This document shows positions 8,870-21,370 of a stretch of DNA of 64,000 bases, piece by piece. The notes below the pieces were generated by a model that was given only the letters and a program-made list of their open reading frames with translations, ran no database searches and was not told the DNA's origin. Both the position numbers and the translations under genes were made by a program. How positions within the stretch are numbered: position 1 is the first letter of the stretch; each line of letters starts with the position of its first letter. This DNA is from an uncultured bacterium (GTDB taxonomy: Bacteria > Abyssobacteria > SURF-5). Location of the stretch: positions 1 to 64,000 of the forward strand of contig CAZSKP010000005.1 of the NCBI GenBank assembly GCA_964607485.1, in the 5' to 3' direction.

Positions 8870-9186
8870 CTTTATTCTCCTCGCCTTTCGATATGACAAG
8901 CTTACGCAATTGCCAATCTGGCGGATACAGAATACTATTATGAGTCAATAAAGTCAAACCAGAAGGGAGGAACAGAGGACAGTAGCAGAGAAGGGAATCG
9001 TTCGTCAGCGTTTGAGCGTGCCGGAGCTTTCCGAAGTGTTTGGCAATGTCTCCGAATTTCCCAATGTGCCGGATTGGCTCTGCCGGGCTGTTGCATTTTG
9101 GAACAAATTCCTCTCGGAACCGCTTTTTTTCTCGCCTCGACATCGTAACAATCTGTAAATCAGAAGCTTACGAGTGACGCCAAGTT

Positions 9187-9202
9187 TGGCACCGATATTG
9201 CT
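9187..9202 (+). promoter_or_regulatory. sigma54 promoter of clpB
   Basis: TGGCACCGATATTGCT, near-perfect consensus about 30 nt before the ATG; IHF-like AATCAGAAGCTTA at 9158-9170. Confidence 0.8.
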
Positions 9203-9231
9203 CTTTATCAGCGCTTCGGGAGGTCTATAAC

Positions 9232-11852
<2,621 letters not shown>

Positions 11853-11853
<1 letters not shown>

Positions 11854-11957
11854 GGGAAAAAATAAGAAAAGGCGAGAAGGAGAACGCTTAGCTCAGAGGC
11901 GGCGTTTCCCTTTTCGCCCTTTGACCTTTTCCCCTTTTTCCCTTCTTTCTTCTTTTC
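11853..11957. terminator. Long imperfect hairpin between convergent genes, purine-rich arm against pyrimidine-rich arm
   Basis: AAAAGGCGAGAAGGAGAACGC..GCGTTTCCCTTTTCGCCCTTT flanked by A/G and C/T tracts. Confidence 0.5.
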
Positions 11958-12671
11958 CTATTGTTCCGAATGGAAAGTGAAGCTGCTCCTGGCCATCGAG
12001 ATGTCGTCGCCGTCGCACAAAAACGCCGACTCTATCCTTATTCCGTTCACCCGCGTGGGCGAGAACGAGGCGAGGTTGGTCAACTGGAACCCGTTTTCAA
12101 GGTGGCTCAAAATGGCATGACGGCGCGAGGCGAAGAGCCCTTTGATTTTTACGTCGCAATCATGTGCCTTGCCAAACACCACGTCGCTCTTCTCGAGCGG
12201 AATCAGGCTTGTGGCCTCATCCGCTCCCTTGACTTTCAGGTGCGCTTTGCGGGTCGCGCTGACCTTCTTCTGAATCTTATCCATCTTCTCGGGCTCGACG
12301 AACATCGTGCCGCGGTCGGGCGAGTCCATGTCGGGCCGGGCCTCGCCTATTGAGGATACGTCGAGAGCTCTACTCCGCCTGGAGTGACTGTCGAAAACGA
12401 GGACGTGTTTGCCGATGCCTATCTCGTCGCCAAAGCTCAGGGTGGTGGGTTCGGTTATGCGCTGGCCGTTGAGGAAGGTGCCGTTGTTGCTGTCGAGGTC
12501 GTTGATCGTGAAGACGCCCTCTTCCTTTTCGATTATGGCGTGGTGCCGAGACACGGCCAGGTTGTCAATCACTATCTCGCAGTCGTCCGCGCGACCGATG
12601 ATCATCTTGTCTTTGGCTACGTCATAGGTCCCCAGTATGTCGCGCCCGAACACAAGCGTTATGATTGCCAT
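11958..12671 (-). CDS. Tandem FHA-domain protein
   Basis: IGRADDCEI..VSRHHA..DLDSNNGTFLNG, and a second, degenerate FHA FGKAHDCDV..ASRRHA..TRVNG. Confidence 0.9.
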   Translation of the reverse strand: MAIITLVFGRDILGTYDVAKDKMIIGRADDCEIVIDNLAVSRHHAIIEKEEGVFTINDLDSNNGTFLNGQRITEPTTLSFGDEIGIGKHVLVFDSHSRRSRALDVSSIGEARPDMDSPDRGTMFVEPEKMDKIQKKVSATRKAHLKVKGADEATSLIPLEKSDVVFGKAHDCDVKIKGLFASRRHAILSHLENGFQLTNLASFSPTRVNGIRIESAFLCDGDDISMARSSFTFHSEQ

Positions 12672-12915
12672 GACGTTCTCCCCTCGTGACCCGGTAGTGG
12701 CTTGCAGAACCCTTTACCCTGCAAGTTGTTAAAGGATTATACCACATCGACCGGCGATTTTGCAACAGTAATTTGAATGTGCTGTAACTCCCCGCGGGTC
12801 GGTATTGCAACGCCCCTCATCTCGTGCCGCGAAAATGGAGAAGCGGGTAGACTCCGCCGGTCGGGCGCACGACACAAAATAGGAACGCCAATGCGCACGA
12901 CGATTGTATAGCGAA

Positions 12916-13010
12916 GGGGACTGTCCCAAGAATTACGGGCCGCTGTCTTTTGCGGCCGTAGATTCGGGACTGTCCCCGGAGCTAAAGGGCGGTTCGCGAA
13001 CCGCCCCTAC
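12916..13010. repeat. REP-like palindrome cluster
   Basis: GGGGACTGTCCC (12916) and GGGACTGTCCCC (12966) around an inner hairpin, then AGGGCGGTTCGCGAACCGCCCCTAC (GTAG-type REP on the minus strand). Confidence 0.65.
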
Positions 13011-13140
13011 GAATATTACGGACTCCAAATCCACTTCTATGTCGTGCATCCCCACGTCCCTTTTCGATTTACATTTTGGAAGTCGTCATGTAAGATAATC
13101 TGCAAAACACCCGCAGGCGAGCCCGTGCATCGAGGCAAGT

Positions 13141-13671
13141 ATGAACGACGTGGAAAAGGTCGAAAAAGCCAGTGAGTTAGCCCTCGCGTACGGCCCTCGG
13201 ATTATCGTCGGCTTGATTCTCATCGCGATAGCCGTACTGGCGGCGCTTCTCATCCGCTCCATTCTCAGGCGCGTTTTCCGCAAATTCGTGTGGGGACCGA
13301 GGGTCGGCACGCTGATCTCGACCACTGTCTTCTATGGCATTCTGATATTCGGCATCTTGACCGGACTGGGCACGATGGGTGTGAACATGACCCCGATAAT
13401 CGCCAGCCTCGGGCTCGGCGGTTTCGCGCTCGGATTCGCCCTGCGCGATGCGCTCAGCAATCTGCTGGCGGGAGTGCTCATCATAGTCTATCAACCCTTC
13501 AAGGAAGGCGACACGGTATCGGTCTCGGGATGCCAGGGCACCGTGACCGAGATCAACTTGCGCTATACCGTCCTGGAGAACAAGCTCGACCGCTTCATGG
13601 TACCCAATTCACTCATCTTCACCAACCCCCTCAAGATAATCTACCCGGGGGAGGAGGACAAACGCCTATAG
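13141..13671 (+). CDS. Small-conductance mechanosensitive channel family protein (short MscS)
   Basis: Three TM segments, LGLGGFALGFALRDALSNLLAGVLI, PFKEGDTV..GTVTEINLRYT, VPNS. Confidence 0.9.
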   Translation: MNDVEKVEKASELALAYGPRIIVGLILIAIAVLAALLIRSILRRVFRKFVWGPRVGTLISTTVFYGILIFGILTGLGTMGVNMTPIIASLGLGGFALGFALRDALSNLLAGVLIIVYQPFKEGDTVSVSGCQGTVTEINLRYTVLENKLDRFMVPNSLIFTNPLKIIYPGEEDKRL

Positions 13672-13872
13672 GAATCGTTTATCCAGTAACGGGCGTTCAG
13701 GCCCGCCAAGTCTGCTCCCTCTTCTGTTGAATTCTTCCACATTTATCCTGTTTCAACATGAAACGAAATGGCCTCTCCGTAAGATTACCCAGTTCGGCTC
13801 ACCCAATTTTTGTAACTCCTAAGTATCTATAAATATTATTGTTATGCATTGACCACGCGACGCCGCCAAATT

Positions 13873-13888
13873 TGGCATTTGAATTGCT
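13873..13888 (+). promoter_or_regulatory. sigma54 promoter of dnaK
   Basis: TGGCATTTGAATTGCT (GG-N10-GC) 60 nt upstream of the ATG. Confidence 0.75.
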
Positions 13889-13948
13889 CTGTTGTAGACT
13901 CGGAATGATAACGAACTCAAGAATCCCAACTGAGAGGAGACGAGGATA

Positions 13949-15880
13949 ATGGCAAAGGTAATAGGTATCGACCTTGGCACCACCAACTCGTGCGTTGCGG
14001 TACTGGAAGGCGGTGAGCCTGTCGTCGTACCGAACAGTGAGGGCGGTCGCACAACCCCTTCGGTCGTTGCGTTCACGAAGAACGACGAACGCCTCACCGG
14101 AACGGTTGCCAAACGGCAGGCAATAACGAATCCGGAGAACACCGTGTTCTCGATCAAGCGCTTCATGGGCCGCAAGTACGGCGAGGTTGGAAGCGAGATA
14201 AAGCTGGTACCCTACAAGGTGAGTCAGGGACCAAACGGCGACTGCCAGGTGGTCGCCGGCGGCAAGACGTACAGGCCGCCCGAAGTCTCGGCGATGATTC
14301 TTCAAAAGATGAAACAGAGCGCCGAGGACTACCTGGGCCAGAAGGTCACCCAGGCGGTCATAACGGTTCCGGCGTACTTCAACGATTCACAGCGTCAGGC
14401 GACCAAAGACGCGGGCAAGATAGCCGGGCTCGAAGTCTTAAGGATAATCAACGAGCCGACCGCTGCGTCGCTCGCGTACGGCCTGGACAAGAAGAAGGAC
14501 GAGAAAATCGCCGTGTACGACCTTGGCGGCGGCACGTTCGATATATCGATACTCCAGCTTGGCGAAGGAGTGTTCGAGGTGCTTTCGACCAACGGCGACA
14601 CCCATCTGGGCGGCGACGACTTCGACCAGCGGATAATAGACTGGCTGGCCGACGAATTCAAGAAGGAACAGGGAATCGACCTGCGCAAGGACCGAATGGC
14701 GCTTCAGCGGCTGAAAGAGGCGGCCGAGAAGGCAAAATGTGAGCTTTCGAGCTCGCAGACGACCGACATCAACCTGCCCTTCATCACGGCGGACGCGTCG
14801 GGCCCGAAGCACCTGAACATGACGCTCACACGTTCGAAGCTCGAGCAACTTGTTGACGACCTTGTCGAGCGCACGCGCGGGCCCGTTACGAAAGCGATCG
14901 AAGACGCGGGCCTCAACGCAAACCAGATCGACGAAGTCATTCTGGTAGGCGGACAAACGCGCATGCCGAAAGTGCAGGAGCTTGTCAAGGGAATATTCGC
15001 CAAGGACCCGCATAAAGGCGTCAACCCCGATGAAGTCGTGGCTGTCGGGGCGGCCATCCAGGGCGGCGTTCTTGCGGGCGAGGTGAAAGACGTGCTGCTG
15101 CTCGACGTCACGCCGCTTTCGCTCGGCATCGAAACCAAGGGCGCCGTGTTCACCAAGCTGATAGAACGCAACACGACGATTCCCACTCGCAAGAGCGAAA
15201 TCTTCACCACGGCCGACGACGGCCAGACCAGCGTGGAGATTCACGTGCTACAGGGCGAGCGCGAAATGGCGCCCGACAACAAGACCATTGGGCGCTTCCA
15301 TCTCACCGGCGTACCGCCGGCGCCGCGCGGGATACCCCAGATCGAGGTCGCGTTCGACATCGATGCGAACGGCATACTCCATGTGTCGGCCAAGGACCTC
15401 GCGACCAGCAAGGAGCAGAAGATACGCATTGAGGCTTCCAGCGGATTGACCGAGACGGAAATCGACAGAATGGTCAAGGACGCCCAGGCGCACGCCGGCG
15501 AAGACCGCCAGCGTCGCGAGAAGGCCGACGCCGTCAACCGAGCCGAGTCGATGGTGTACGAGACCGAGAAGAACCTCAAGGAGCTTGGGGACAAGATTCC
15601 GGCCGAGCAGAAGAGCAGGCTCGAGGCAGCTGTAGGTCGCGTCAATGCGGCGATAAAGGCCGAGGAAATCGGCGAAATCAAGTCGGCCACCGAGGCGCTC
15701 CAGCAGACGTGGCAGGAGATTTCCACGCAGATCTACCGACAGGCCGGTGCGCAGGCGCAAGGCGGACAAGCCGGCGCTTACGGCGATCCCGGTAGCGGCA
15801 ACGGGTCGAAGGGCCCCAGCAAGGATGGCGACGACGTCATCGACGCCGACTACGAGGTAGTTGACGAAGAGAAGAAATAA
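13949..15880 (+). CDS. dnaK: Chaperone DnaK (Hsp70)
   Basis: [37 protein letters not shown]-terminal DADYEVV. Confidence 0.98.
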   Translation: MAKVIGIDLGTTNSCVAVLEGGEPVVVPNSEGGRTTPSVVAFTKNDERLTGTVAKRQAITNPENTVFSIKRFMGRKYGEVGSEIKLVPYKVSQGPNGDCQVVAGGKTYRPPEVSAMILQKMKQSAEDYLGQKVTQAVITVPAYFNDSQRQATKDAGKIAGLEVLRIINEPTAASLAYGLDKKKDEKIAVYDLGGGTFDISILQLGEGVFEVLSTNGDTHLGGDDFDQRIIDWLADEFKKEQGIDLRKDRMALQRLKEAAEKAKCELSSSQTTDINLPFITADASGPKHLNMTLTRSKLEQLVDDLVERTRGPVTKAIEDAGLNANQIDEVILVGGQTRMPKVQELVKGIFAKDPHKGVNPDEVVAVGAAIQGGVLAGEVKDVLLLDVTPLSLGIETKGAVFTKLIERNTTIPTRKSEIFTTADDGQTSVEIHVLQGEREMAPDNKTIGRFHLTGVPPAPRGIPQIEVAFDIDANGILHVSAKDLATSKEQKIRIEASSGLTETEIDRMVKDAQAHAGEDRQRREKADAVNRAESMVYETEKNLKELGDKIPAEQKSRLEAAVGRVNAAIKAEEIGEIKSATEALQQTWQEISTQIYRQAGAQAQGGQAGAYGDPGSGNGSKGPSKDGDDVIDADYEVVDEEKK

Positions 15881-16022
15881 AGGGCAGGGCGCGTGCCCTC
15901 CCTGAAATAGAGAACACGCGAATCGCTCGCCTTTGTTGACCTTCGCAAGAGGAGCCGGCAGACGGTATCCGGTTCGCGCATGAACCGATAAAAAGACGAG
16001 TGAGAGAAAGGGGGAAGACATC

Positions 16023-16490
16023 GTGGCGCTGATCAGATGGAGACCAAGAACGGAGCTGGATCCCTTCAGGAACCTCATGGGAATCCAGGATGAGATCAAT
16101 CGCTTGTTCGATTTCTCGCTCGGCAGGCTGCCGTCCGAACGCATGGGCCTGTTCGAAGGAGAATGGGCTCCCTCGGTGGATGTGTACGAGGACGAAAGCA
16201 AGGTCGTCGTGAAGGCGGAACTGCCCGGCATGACGGACAAGGACATCGATGTGAACATCCTGAACAATACCCTCGCCATAAAAGGTGAGAAGAAGAAAGA
16301 GGAAGAGAAGAAAGAGCAAAGCTACTACAGGCTCGAACGGTCGTACGGCGCATTCCAGCGTTCGATAACGCTTCCGAGCCATGTGGCTTCCGACAAGGTC
16401 AAGGCTTCTTTCAAGAACGGCGTTCTCGAAATCGAGTTGCCCAAGAAGGAAGAAGCCAAGCCGAAACAGATAAAAGTCGATGTTGGCTGA
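16023..16490 (+). CDS. Hsp20/alpha-crystallin small heat shock protein
   Basis: PSVDVYE, AELPG, ERSYGAFQRSITLP, ASFKNGVLEIELPK; GTG start after GGGGG. Confidence 0.95.
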   Translation: MALIRWRPRTELDPFRNLMGIQDEINRLFDFSLGRLPSERMGLFEGEWAPSVDVYEDESKVVVKAELPGMTDKDIDVNILNNTLAIKGEKKKEEEKKEQSYYRLERSYGAFQRSITLPSHVASDKVKASFKNGVLEIELPKKEEAKPKQIKVDVG

Positions 16491-16553
16491 TACGAGCCGG
16501 CTCCTCTTGCAACTTTTCTCATTCCTGGTGACGAGCCAAAGGAGGGAGTAAAC

Positions 16554-16916
16554 ATGGTCGGGAGAGACGTTGAGGAAAAGCACGGAAATCGATACAGAGC
16601 ACCCCGTGTGGAAATACTTGAAGAGAACGATTCGATTCTGCTTCGCGCCGAGATGCCGGGGGTTGCGAAAGAGGATTTCGACATCCGTATCGACGGCGGC
16701 GAGCTTACCATCGGGGCCAGGCGTAAGGCAGTCGATTCTAAGCTGAAACTGGTACGCGGAGAGAGCGGCCAGAGCGATTATCTGAGGACGTTTTTGCTCG
16801 GTAACGAACTGGACACCTCCAACGTGGAGGCAAAGCTGGACAGAGGAATACTCACGCTCACTCTCCACAAGAAGAAGGAGATACTGCCGCAGAAGATATC
16901 GATAGAAGTCAAGTGA
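16554..16916 (+). CDS. Second Hsp20 family protein
   Basis: PRVEILE, AEMPGV, YLRTFLL, AKLDRGILTLTL; GGAGGGAG RBS. Confidence 0.9.
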   Translation: MVGRDVEEKHGNRYRAPRVEILEENDSILLRAEMPGVAKEDFDIRIDGGELTIGARRKAVDSKLKLVRGESGQSDYLRTFLLGNELDTSNVEAKLDRGILTLTLHKKKEILPQKISIEVK

Positions 16917-17060
16917 GCCCCCCGACAACTAGAGGGCAACACCTCTGAACACGTTGATATTTATCGGGGGAATTGTTAAAATTAAGTAGAGGATACTGCG
17001 ACCGAACGAGGCTTAGTCGCTTGAATAAATGAGAACGGAAACGAAAGGGATGAGACATAG

Positions 17061-17903
17061 ATGAACACACTCAGGACTGCGATGCTGCTGACCGCACTGA
17101 CGCTGCTTTTCGTGGTCGTCGGACAGCTCGTCGGCGGACGAACCGGCGCGATGTTCGCGTTTGCCCTGGCGGTCGTTATGAATTTCGGGGCCTACTGGTT
17201 CAGTGACAAGCTCGTGCTGACCATGTACAGAGCTCAGCCGATTCCGCCCAACGAAGCGCCGAGATTGTATTCGATTGTCCAGGAGCTGGCGACCAGCGCG
17301 GGCCTTCCGACGCCGCGCGTGTACATGATACCCAGCCCATCGCCTAACGCGTTCGCGACGGGGAGAAACCCGAAGAACGCGGTCGTGGCGGTCACGCAGG
17401 GTATCCTGGACCTGCTCAATGAAGACGAACTCAGGGGCGTCCTCGCTCACGAGTTGGCCCACGTGCGAAATCGAGACATGTTGATCGGGTCAATTGCGGC
17501 CACGCTGGCGGGCGCGATCTCGATGCTTGCCTTTATGGCCCGTTGGGGCGCCATACTCGGCGGATTCGGCGGCAGGGACGACAGAGAGGGCGGCATCATC
17601 GGGCTGCTGGCGGCTGCGATAGTGGCTCCCATTGCGGCCATGTTGATACAGATGGCCGTGTCGCGCTCGTGCGAGTACAAGGCCGACTCCACTGGAGCGA
17701 GAGTAGCCGGGACTCCGAACGGACTAGCGAGCGCGCTCGCCAAGCTCGAAAGCGCCTCGCAGAGGAGGCCGCTCAAGGCGAACCCGACCTCGGCCCACCT
17801 CTTCATCGTGAATCCGCTCCGGGGCAAGAGCGTGTGGAACCTCCTGAGCACCCACCCGCCCATCGAGGAACGCATTCGTCGGTTGCGCGAGCAACGCATC
17901 TGA
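17061..17903 (+). CDS. htpX: Zinc metalloprotease HtpX
   Basis: [39 protein letters not shown]. Confidence 0.95.
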   Translation: MNTLRTAMLLTALTLLFVVVGQLVGGRTGAMFAFALAVVMNFGAYWFSDKLVLTMYRAQPIPPNEAPRLYSIVQELATSAGLPTPRVYMIPSPSPNAFATGRNPKNAVVAVTQGILDLLNEDELRGVLAHELAHVRNRDMLIGSIAATLAGAISMLAFMARWGAILGGFGGRDDREGGIIGLLAAAIVAPIAAMLIQMAVSRSCEYKADSTGARVAGTPNGLASALAKLESASQRRPLKANPTSAHLFIVNPLRGKSVWNLLSTHPPIEERIRRLREQRI

Positions 17904-18055
17904 TCGGCCAAGCTGAACGACAGGCGGAGCCAGATTGTTCGAGCCGGCTCCGCTTTTCGGGAGCTGGCATCGCTGCCAAAATCCCCCCTGCTGTTAATAT
18001 TTCTCAGAGCTGTTCCTCCTAATCCTTTTGTGCGCCGGAGAGGCCGCGCGATGGC

Positions 18056-18084
18056 TTGACAAACGTTGTGGTGATTCATATAAT
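18056..18084 (+). promoter_or_regulatory. sigma70 promoter, perfect consensus
   Basis: TTGACA-17 nt-TATAAT. Confidence 0.85.
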
Positions 18085-18206
18085 ACGCGCGTCGTCCTCC
18101 AACTTTCACCACAAGTGAGCTTCCAGCGTAGAGAAGGGTTTCCGGCAGGCGAAAGATGTCTTCCTCCCACCCAAAACTCGGTGGAACCGAATGTCCGGGC
18201 CAAGGT

Positions 18207-19229
18207 ATGTCGATACGCGAAATGCTCGAACGCCGCGAGCACGAGTATCTTTCGCCCCGGGCTGCATTCAGCGACGCGAGCAAGGGCAGGCGCTTCCCCG
18301 TCGAAGAATGCCCGTATCGAACGAGATTCCAGCGCGACCGTGACAGGATAATTCACTCGAAATCGTTTCGCCGGCTCAAGCACAAGACGCAGGTGTTCCT
18401 GTCGCCGGCGGGCGACCACTACCGCACCAGGCTCACGCATACCCTCGAGGTGGCGCAGATCGCCCGCACGATTTCTCGCGCGCTGTGTTTGAACGAGGAC
18501 CTGACAGAAGCCATAGCGCTTGGACATGACCTGGGGCACACTCCATTCGGCCATGCGGGCGAGGCGGTCCTGAACGAGCTTTATCCCGGCGGCTTCGCTC
18601 ACAATGAACAGAGCCTCAGGATCGTCGACGAACTTGAGAACGGCAAGGGATTGAACCTGACCTTCGAAGTCCGCGACGGAATACTCAATCATTCCAAGGG
18701 ACGTTCCGACATCTTCGAGCCTGGTCGCACCGGAAAACCGGAGACGCTCGAGGCGGAAGTGGTCAGGATATCCGACAGCGTCGCCTACATCAACCACGAC
18801 ATCGACGACGCCATCAGGAGCGGGCTCATCACCGAGGCCGAGCTTCCTGTCGAATGTGTGAAGATTCTCGGAGACTCTCCCTCACACCGGATAGACGCGA
18901 TGGTGGCCGACATTGTGCGCAACAGTGCCGGCGGCAGTATCCAGATGCGCGCCGAAATCCTGGAGGCGACCAACTGTTTGAGAAATTATCTTTATGAGCA
19001 GGTGTATCCGCGCCCGGAGATTCAGGATTCGATCAGCAAAGCAAGAAAAATTCTAAAAGAAATATATTCTTACTTAGTCAACAATCCCGGCGTATTCTTG
19101 AGCGAGACGCGGCCGGCGGATTCGGACACGAATATCGAACGGCTGGTCGTGGACTTCGTGGCCGGCATGACAGACCGTTATGCTCTCGATTTCTATGAGA
19201 ATTACTTCCTACCAAAGTTAGAGATTTGA
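18207..19229 (+). CDS. dgt: Deoxyguanosinetriphosphate triphosphohydrolase-like HD protein
   Basis: FQRDRDRIIHSKSFRRLKHKTQV, RTRLTHTLEV, HDLGHTPFGHAGE, VAGMTDRYA; start at ATG 18207 is inferred (ORF track gives 18156). Confidence 0.93.
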   Translation: MSIREMLERREHEYLSPRAAFSDASKGRRFPVEECPYRTRFQRDRDRIIHSKSFRRLKHKTQVFLSPAGDHYRTRLTHTLEVAQIARTISRALCLNEDLTEAIALGHDLGHTPFGHAGEAVLNELYPGGFAHNEQSLRIVDELENGKGLNLTFEVRDGILNHSKGRSDIFEPGRTGKPETLEAEVVRISDSVAYINHDIDDAIRSGLITEAELPVECVKILGDSPSHRIDAMVADIVRNSAGGSIQMRAEILEATNCLRNYLYEQVYPRPEIQDSISKARKILKEIYSYLVNNPGVFLSETRPADSDTNIERLVVDFVAGMTDRYALDFYENYFLPKLEI

Positions 19230-19380
19230 GAACGAAAGAAATCAGGCTGCCGACCGGCGGCATATGCGTGTCTGCCCCATGACGTAACGCGCGGACCAGT
19301 TTTATTTTTTCCCCGAATCGGCTCTCGCCGCGGGTCAAGCCATTGTATGGGCGGCGCCTGGGCCGGCGTTCAGAAGGGAG

Positions 19381-20613
19381 ATGAGAATGAGAGGAAACGC
19401 GACGGCGAAGGCGGTGCTCAAGGTCGCCGCCGTCGTAGCCCTTCTGTATTGCTTCCTGTTGAGCATAAACTTGATGGAGAATGCCTTTCGGCTATTTGGG
19501 CAAGGTTTCGCCCAAAAGCTGTTCACGTTTGCCAGCAACCGATTCGTGGGCCTCTTCGTGGGGATGCTCACGACCGCGCTTGTGCAGAGCTCGTCGTGCA
19601 CGACTTCCATCGTAGTCGGATTGGTCGGGGGCGGGATGCTCGACATAAGGCTGGCCGTTCCCATCGTGATGGGAGCGAATATCGGCACGAGCGTGACCAA
19701 CATGCTTGTGGCGCACGGCCACATCGGCAGAAAGGATGAGTTCAGGCGAGCTACGGAAGGAGCCATCGTCCACGACATTTTCAACCTGCTTGCGGTCGCC
19801 GTCCTGTTTCCCCTCGAAATGATGTTCGGTTTTCTGGAAAAGTCGGCGAGAGTCGCCACGGAGCTTTTCGGGGGGATCGGCGGAGCCACTTTCACCAGTC
19901 CCATCAAGGCCGCCATCAGGCCTGCCTCGCGGATTTTGGTGGAGTCGATGAAAGCGCTGGTTCATGCGCCCTCGCCGGTGCAGGCGACAGTCATCTTGTT
20001 CATCGCCCTGCTGGTCCTTTTTGTGTCCCTCTTCTTCCTCGTGAAAGTGCTCAGGAGCTTAGTGCTATCACGGGTAGAGACTTTTTTCAGCACCTACATT
20101 TTCCGAAACGCCGGGTTAAGCCTTATTGTGGGTCTCATCATCACGGCGCTCGTGCAGAGCAGCTCGGTCACTACGTCTCTCGTAGTTCCCATGGCGGCGG
20201 CGGGCGTTCTCACGCTGGAGCAGATTTTTCCATACACCCTCGGTGCGAATGTCGGGACCACCTTCACGGCGATTTTGGCCTCCCTGGCGACCGTTTCGGT
20301 GGGAAACATGGGCGGCGTGACGATCGCCTTCACTCACCTCATGTTCAATATCTTCGGCATCTTCATCTTTTATCCGCTACGGTTCATCCCGATCGGTTTG
20401 GCGAGGGAAATGGGGAGAAGGACGGCCGAAAACAGGCTTTTCCCGCTGCTTTACATAGCACTCGTGTTTTTCTATATTCCAGGCATCTGCATCTACTTGA
20501 GTGAATTCGGCTTAACGACCGTAGCCGTTTTGCTGTTTGCCGTTCTGCCGCTTTTGATTGTGCTGTTCACGACGGTCTCGAAGGTTCTCCAGAAAAAGTC
20601 TCGCATGGAGTGA
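19381..20613 (+). CDS. Na+/phosphate cotransporter (NptA/SLC34 family)
   Basis: Duplicated QSSS motif, GANIGTS and GANVGTT, many TM segments. Confidence 0.93.
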   Translation: MRMRGNATAKAVLKVAAVVALLYCFLLSINLMENAFRLFGQGFAQKLFTFASNRFVGLFVGMLTTALVQSSSCTTSIVVGLVGGGMLDIRLAVPIVMGANIGTSVTNMLVAHGHIGRKDEFRRATEGAIVHDIFNLLAVAVLFPLEMMFGFLEKSARVATELFGGIGGATFTSPIKAAIRPASRILVESMKALVHAPSPVQATVILFIALLVLFVSLFFLVKVLRSLVLSRVETFFSTYIFRNAGLSLIVGLIITALVQSSSVTTSLVVPMAAAGVLTLEQIFPYTLGANVGTTFTAILASLATVSVGNMGGVTIAFTHLMFNIFGIFIFYPLRFIPIGLAREMGRRTAENRLFPLLYIALVFFYIPGICIYLSEFGLTTVAVLLFAVLPLLIVLFTTVSKVLQKKSRME

Positions 20614-20700
20614 CTCTTACGGCTTCTCCGATTTGTGGAATCAGCCGCAGTCGGATATAATAGCAGGCGTCGATTCAAAATCTCAGGAGGACGAGGCCCG

Positions 20701-21363
20701 ATGTTCAAGGAGCTCTTGGAAATCCTCAGGGCGAAATCGCCCTTGAAGGACATGTTGATTGAATTCACTCAGATGCTGGAGAAGACTGAGTGGATGTTCG
20801 ATACCACCATGAAGGTGCTCCTGGCCGAGAAGAAGGCGACCGATGTTCAAGAAGACGTCTATACGAAGGACAAGGAGGTAAACGAGCATCAGCGCAGCAT
20901 AAGGCGAAAGATCATCAGCCACCTCAGCCTGCATCCCAGGGCCGATGTGCCCGTTTGTCTCGTGCTCATGAGCGTGGTCAAAGACGCCGAGCGAATGGGC
21001 GACTACTGCAAGAACATCTTCGAGCTGGGGGTCATGTTCGACGTTGCTTTGGACCGCGGACGTTACAAGACGCCGCTCAAGGAGCTGGCGGAGCAGGTGG
21101 AGAATCTCTTCAGCAAGACACGCAAGGCGTTCATGTGGTCAGACGAACAGACCGCTCATTCGATAATCTCGAAGGGCGAGGCGATCAACAAGCAGTGCGA
21201 CATGCTCATCAAGCAACTCATCGCCGACGACCTCCCCACGAAGAAGGCAGTCGCCTACACTCTTCTGTCCCGTTACATCAAGCGGGTTTCCAGCCACTTG
21301 ATCAACATCGCAACGAGCGTCGTCACCTCCGTTGACAACCTCGATTTCAGGGACGAATCCTAG
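20701..21363 (+). CDS. PhoU-domain protein
   Basis: DKEVN..IRRKIISHL, VKDAERMGDYCKNI, RYIKRVSSHLINIA; GGAGG RBS before ATG 20701. Confidence 0.85.
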   Translation: MFKELLEILRAKSPLKDMLIEFTQMLEKTEWMFDTTMKVLLAEKKATDVQEDVYTKDKEVNEHQRSIRRKIISHLSLHPRADVPVCLVLMSVVKDAERMGDYCKNIFELGVMFDVALDRGRYKTPLKELAEQVENLFSKTRKAFMWSDEQTAHSIISKGEAINKQCDMLIKQLIADDLPTKKAVAYTLLSRYIKRVSSHLINIATSVVTSVDNLDFRDES

Positions 21364-21370
21364 GCTTTGC

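Noticed and set aside
16491-16553. RNA thermometer sequestering the second hsp20 RBS
   Set aside because: Only partial CTCCTCTT complementarity and no ROSE or fourU signature; it cannot be supported without folding data.
18207-19229. dGTPase as an anti-phage nucleotide-depletion system
   Set aside because: Short housekeeping-type Dgt with host-like composition and a consensus promoter, outside the island.
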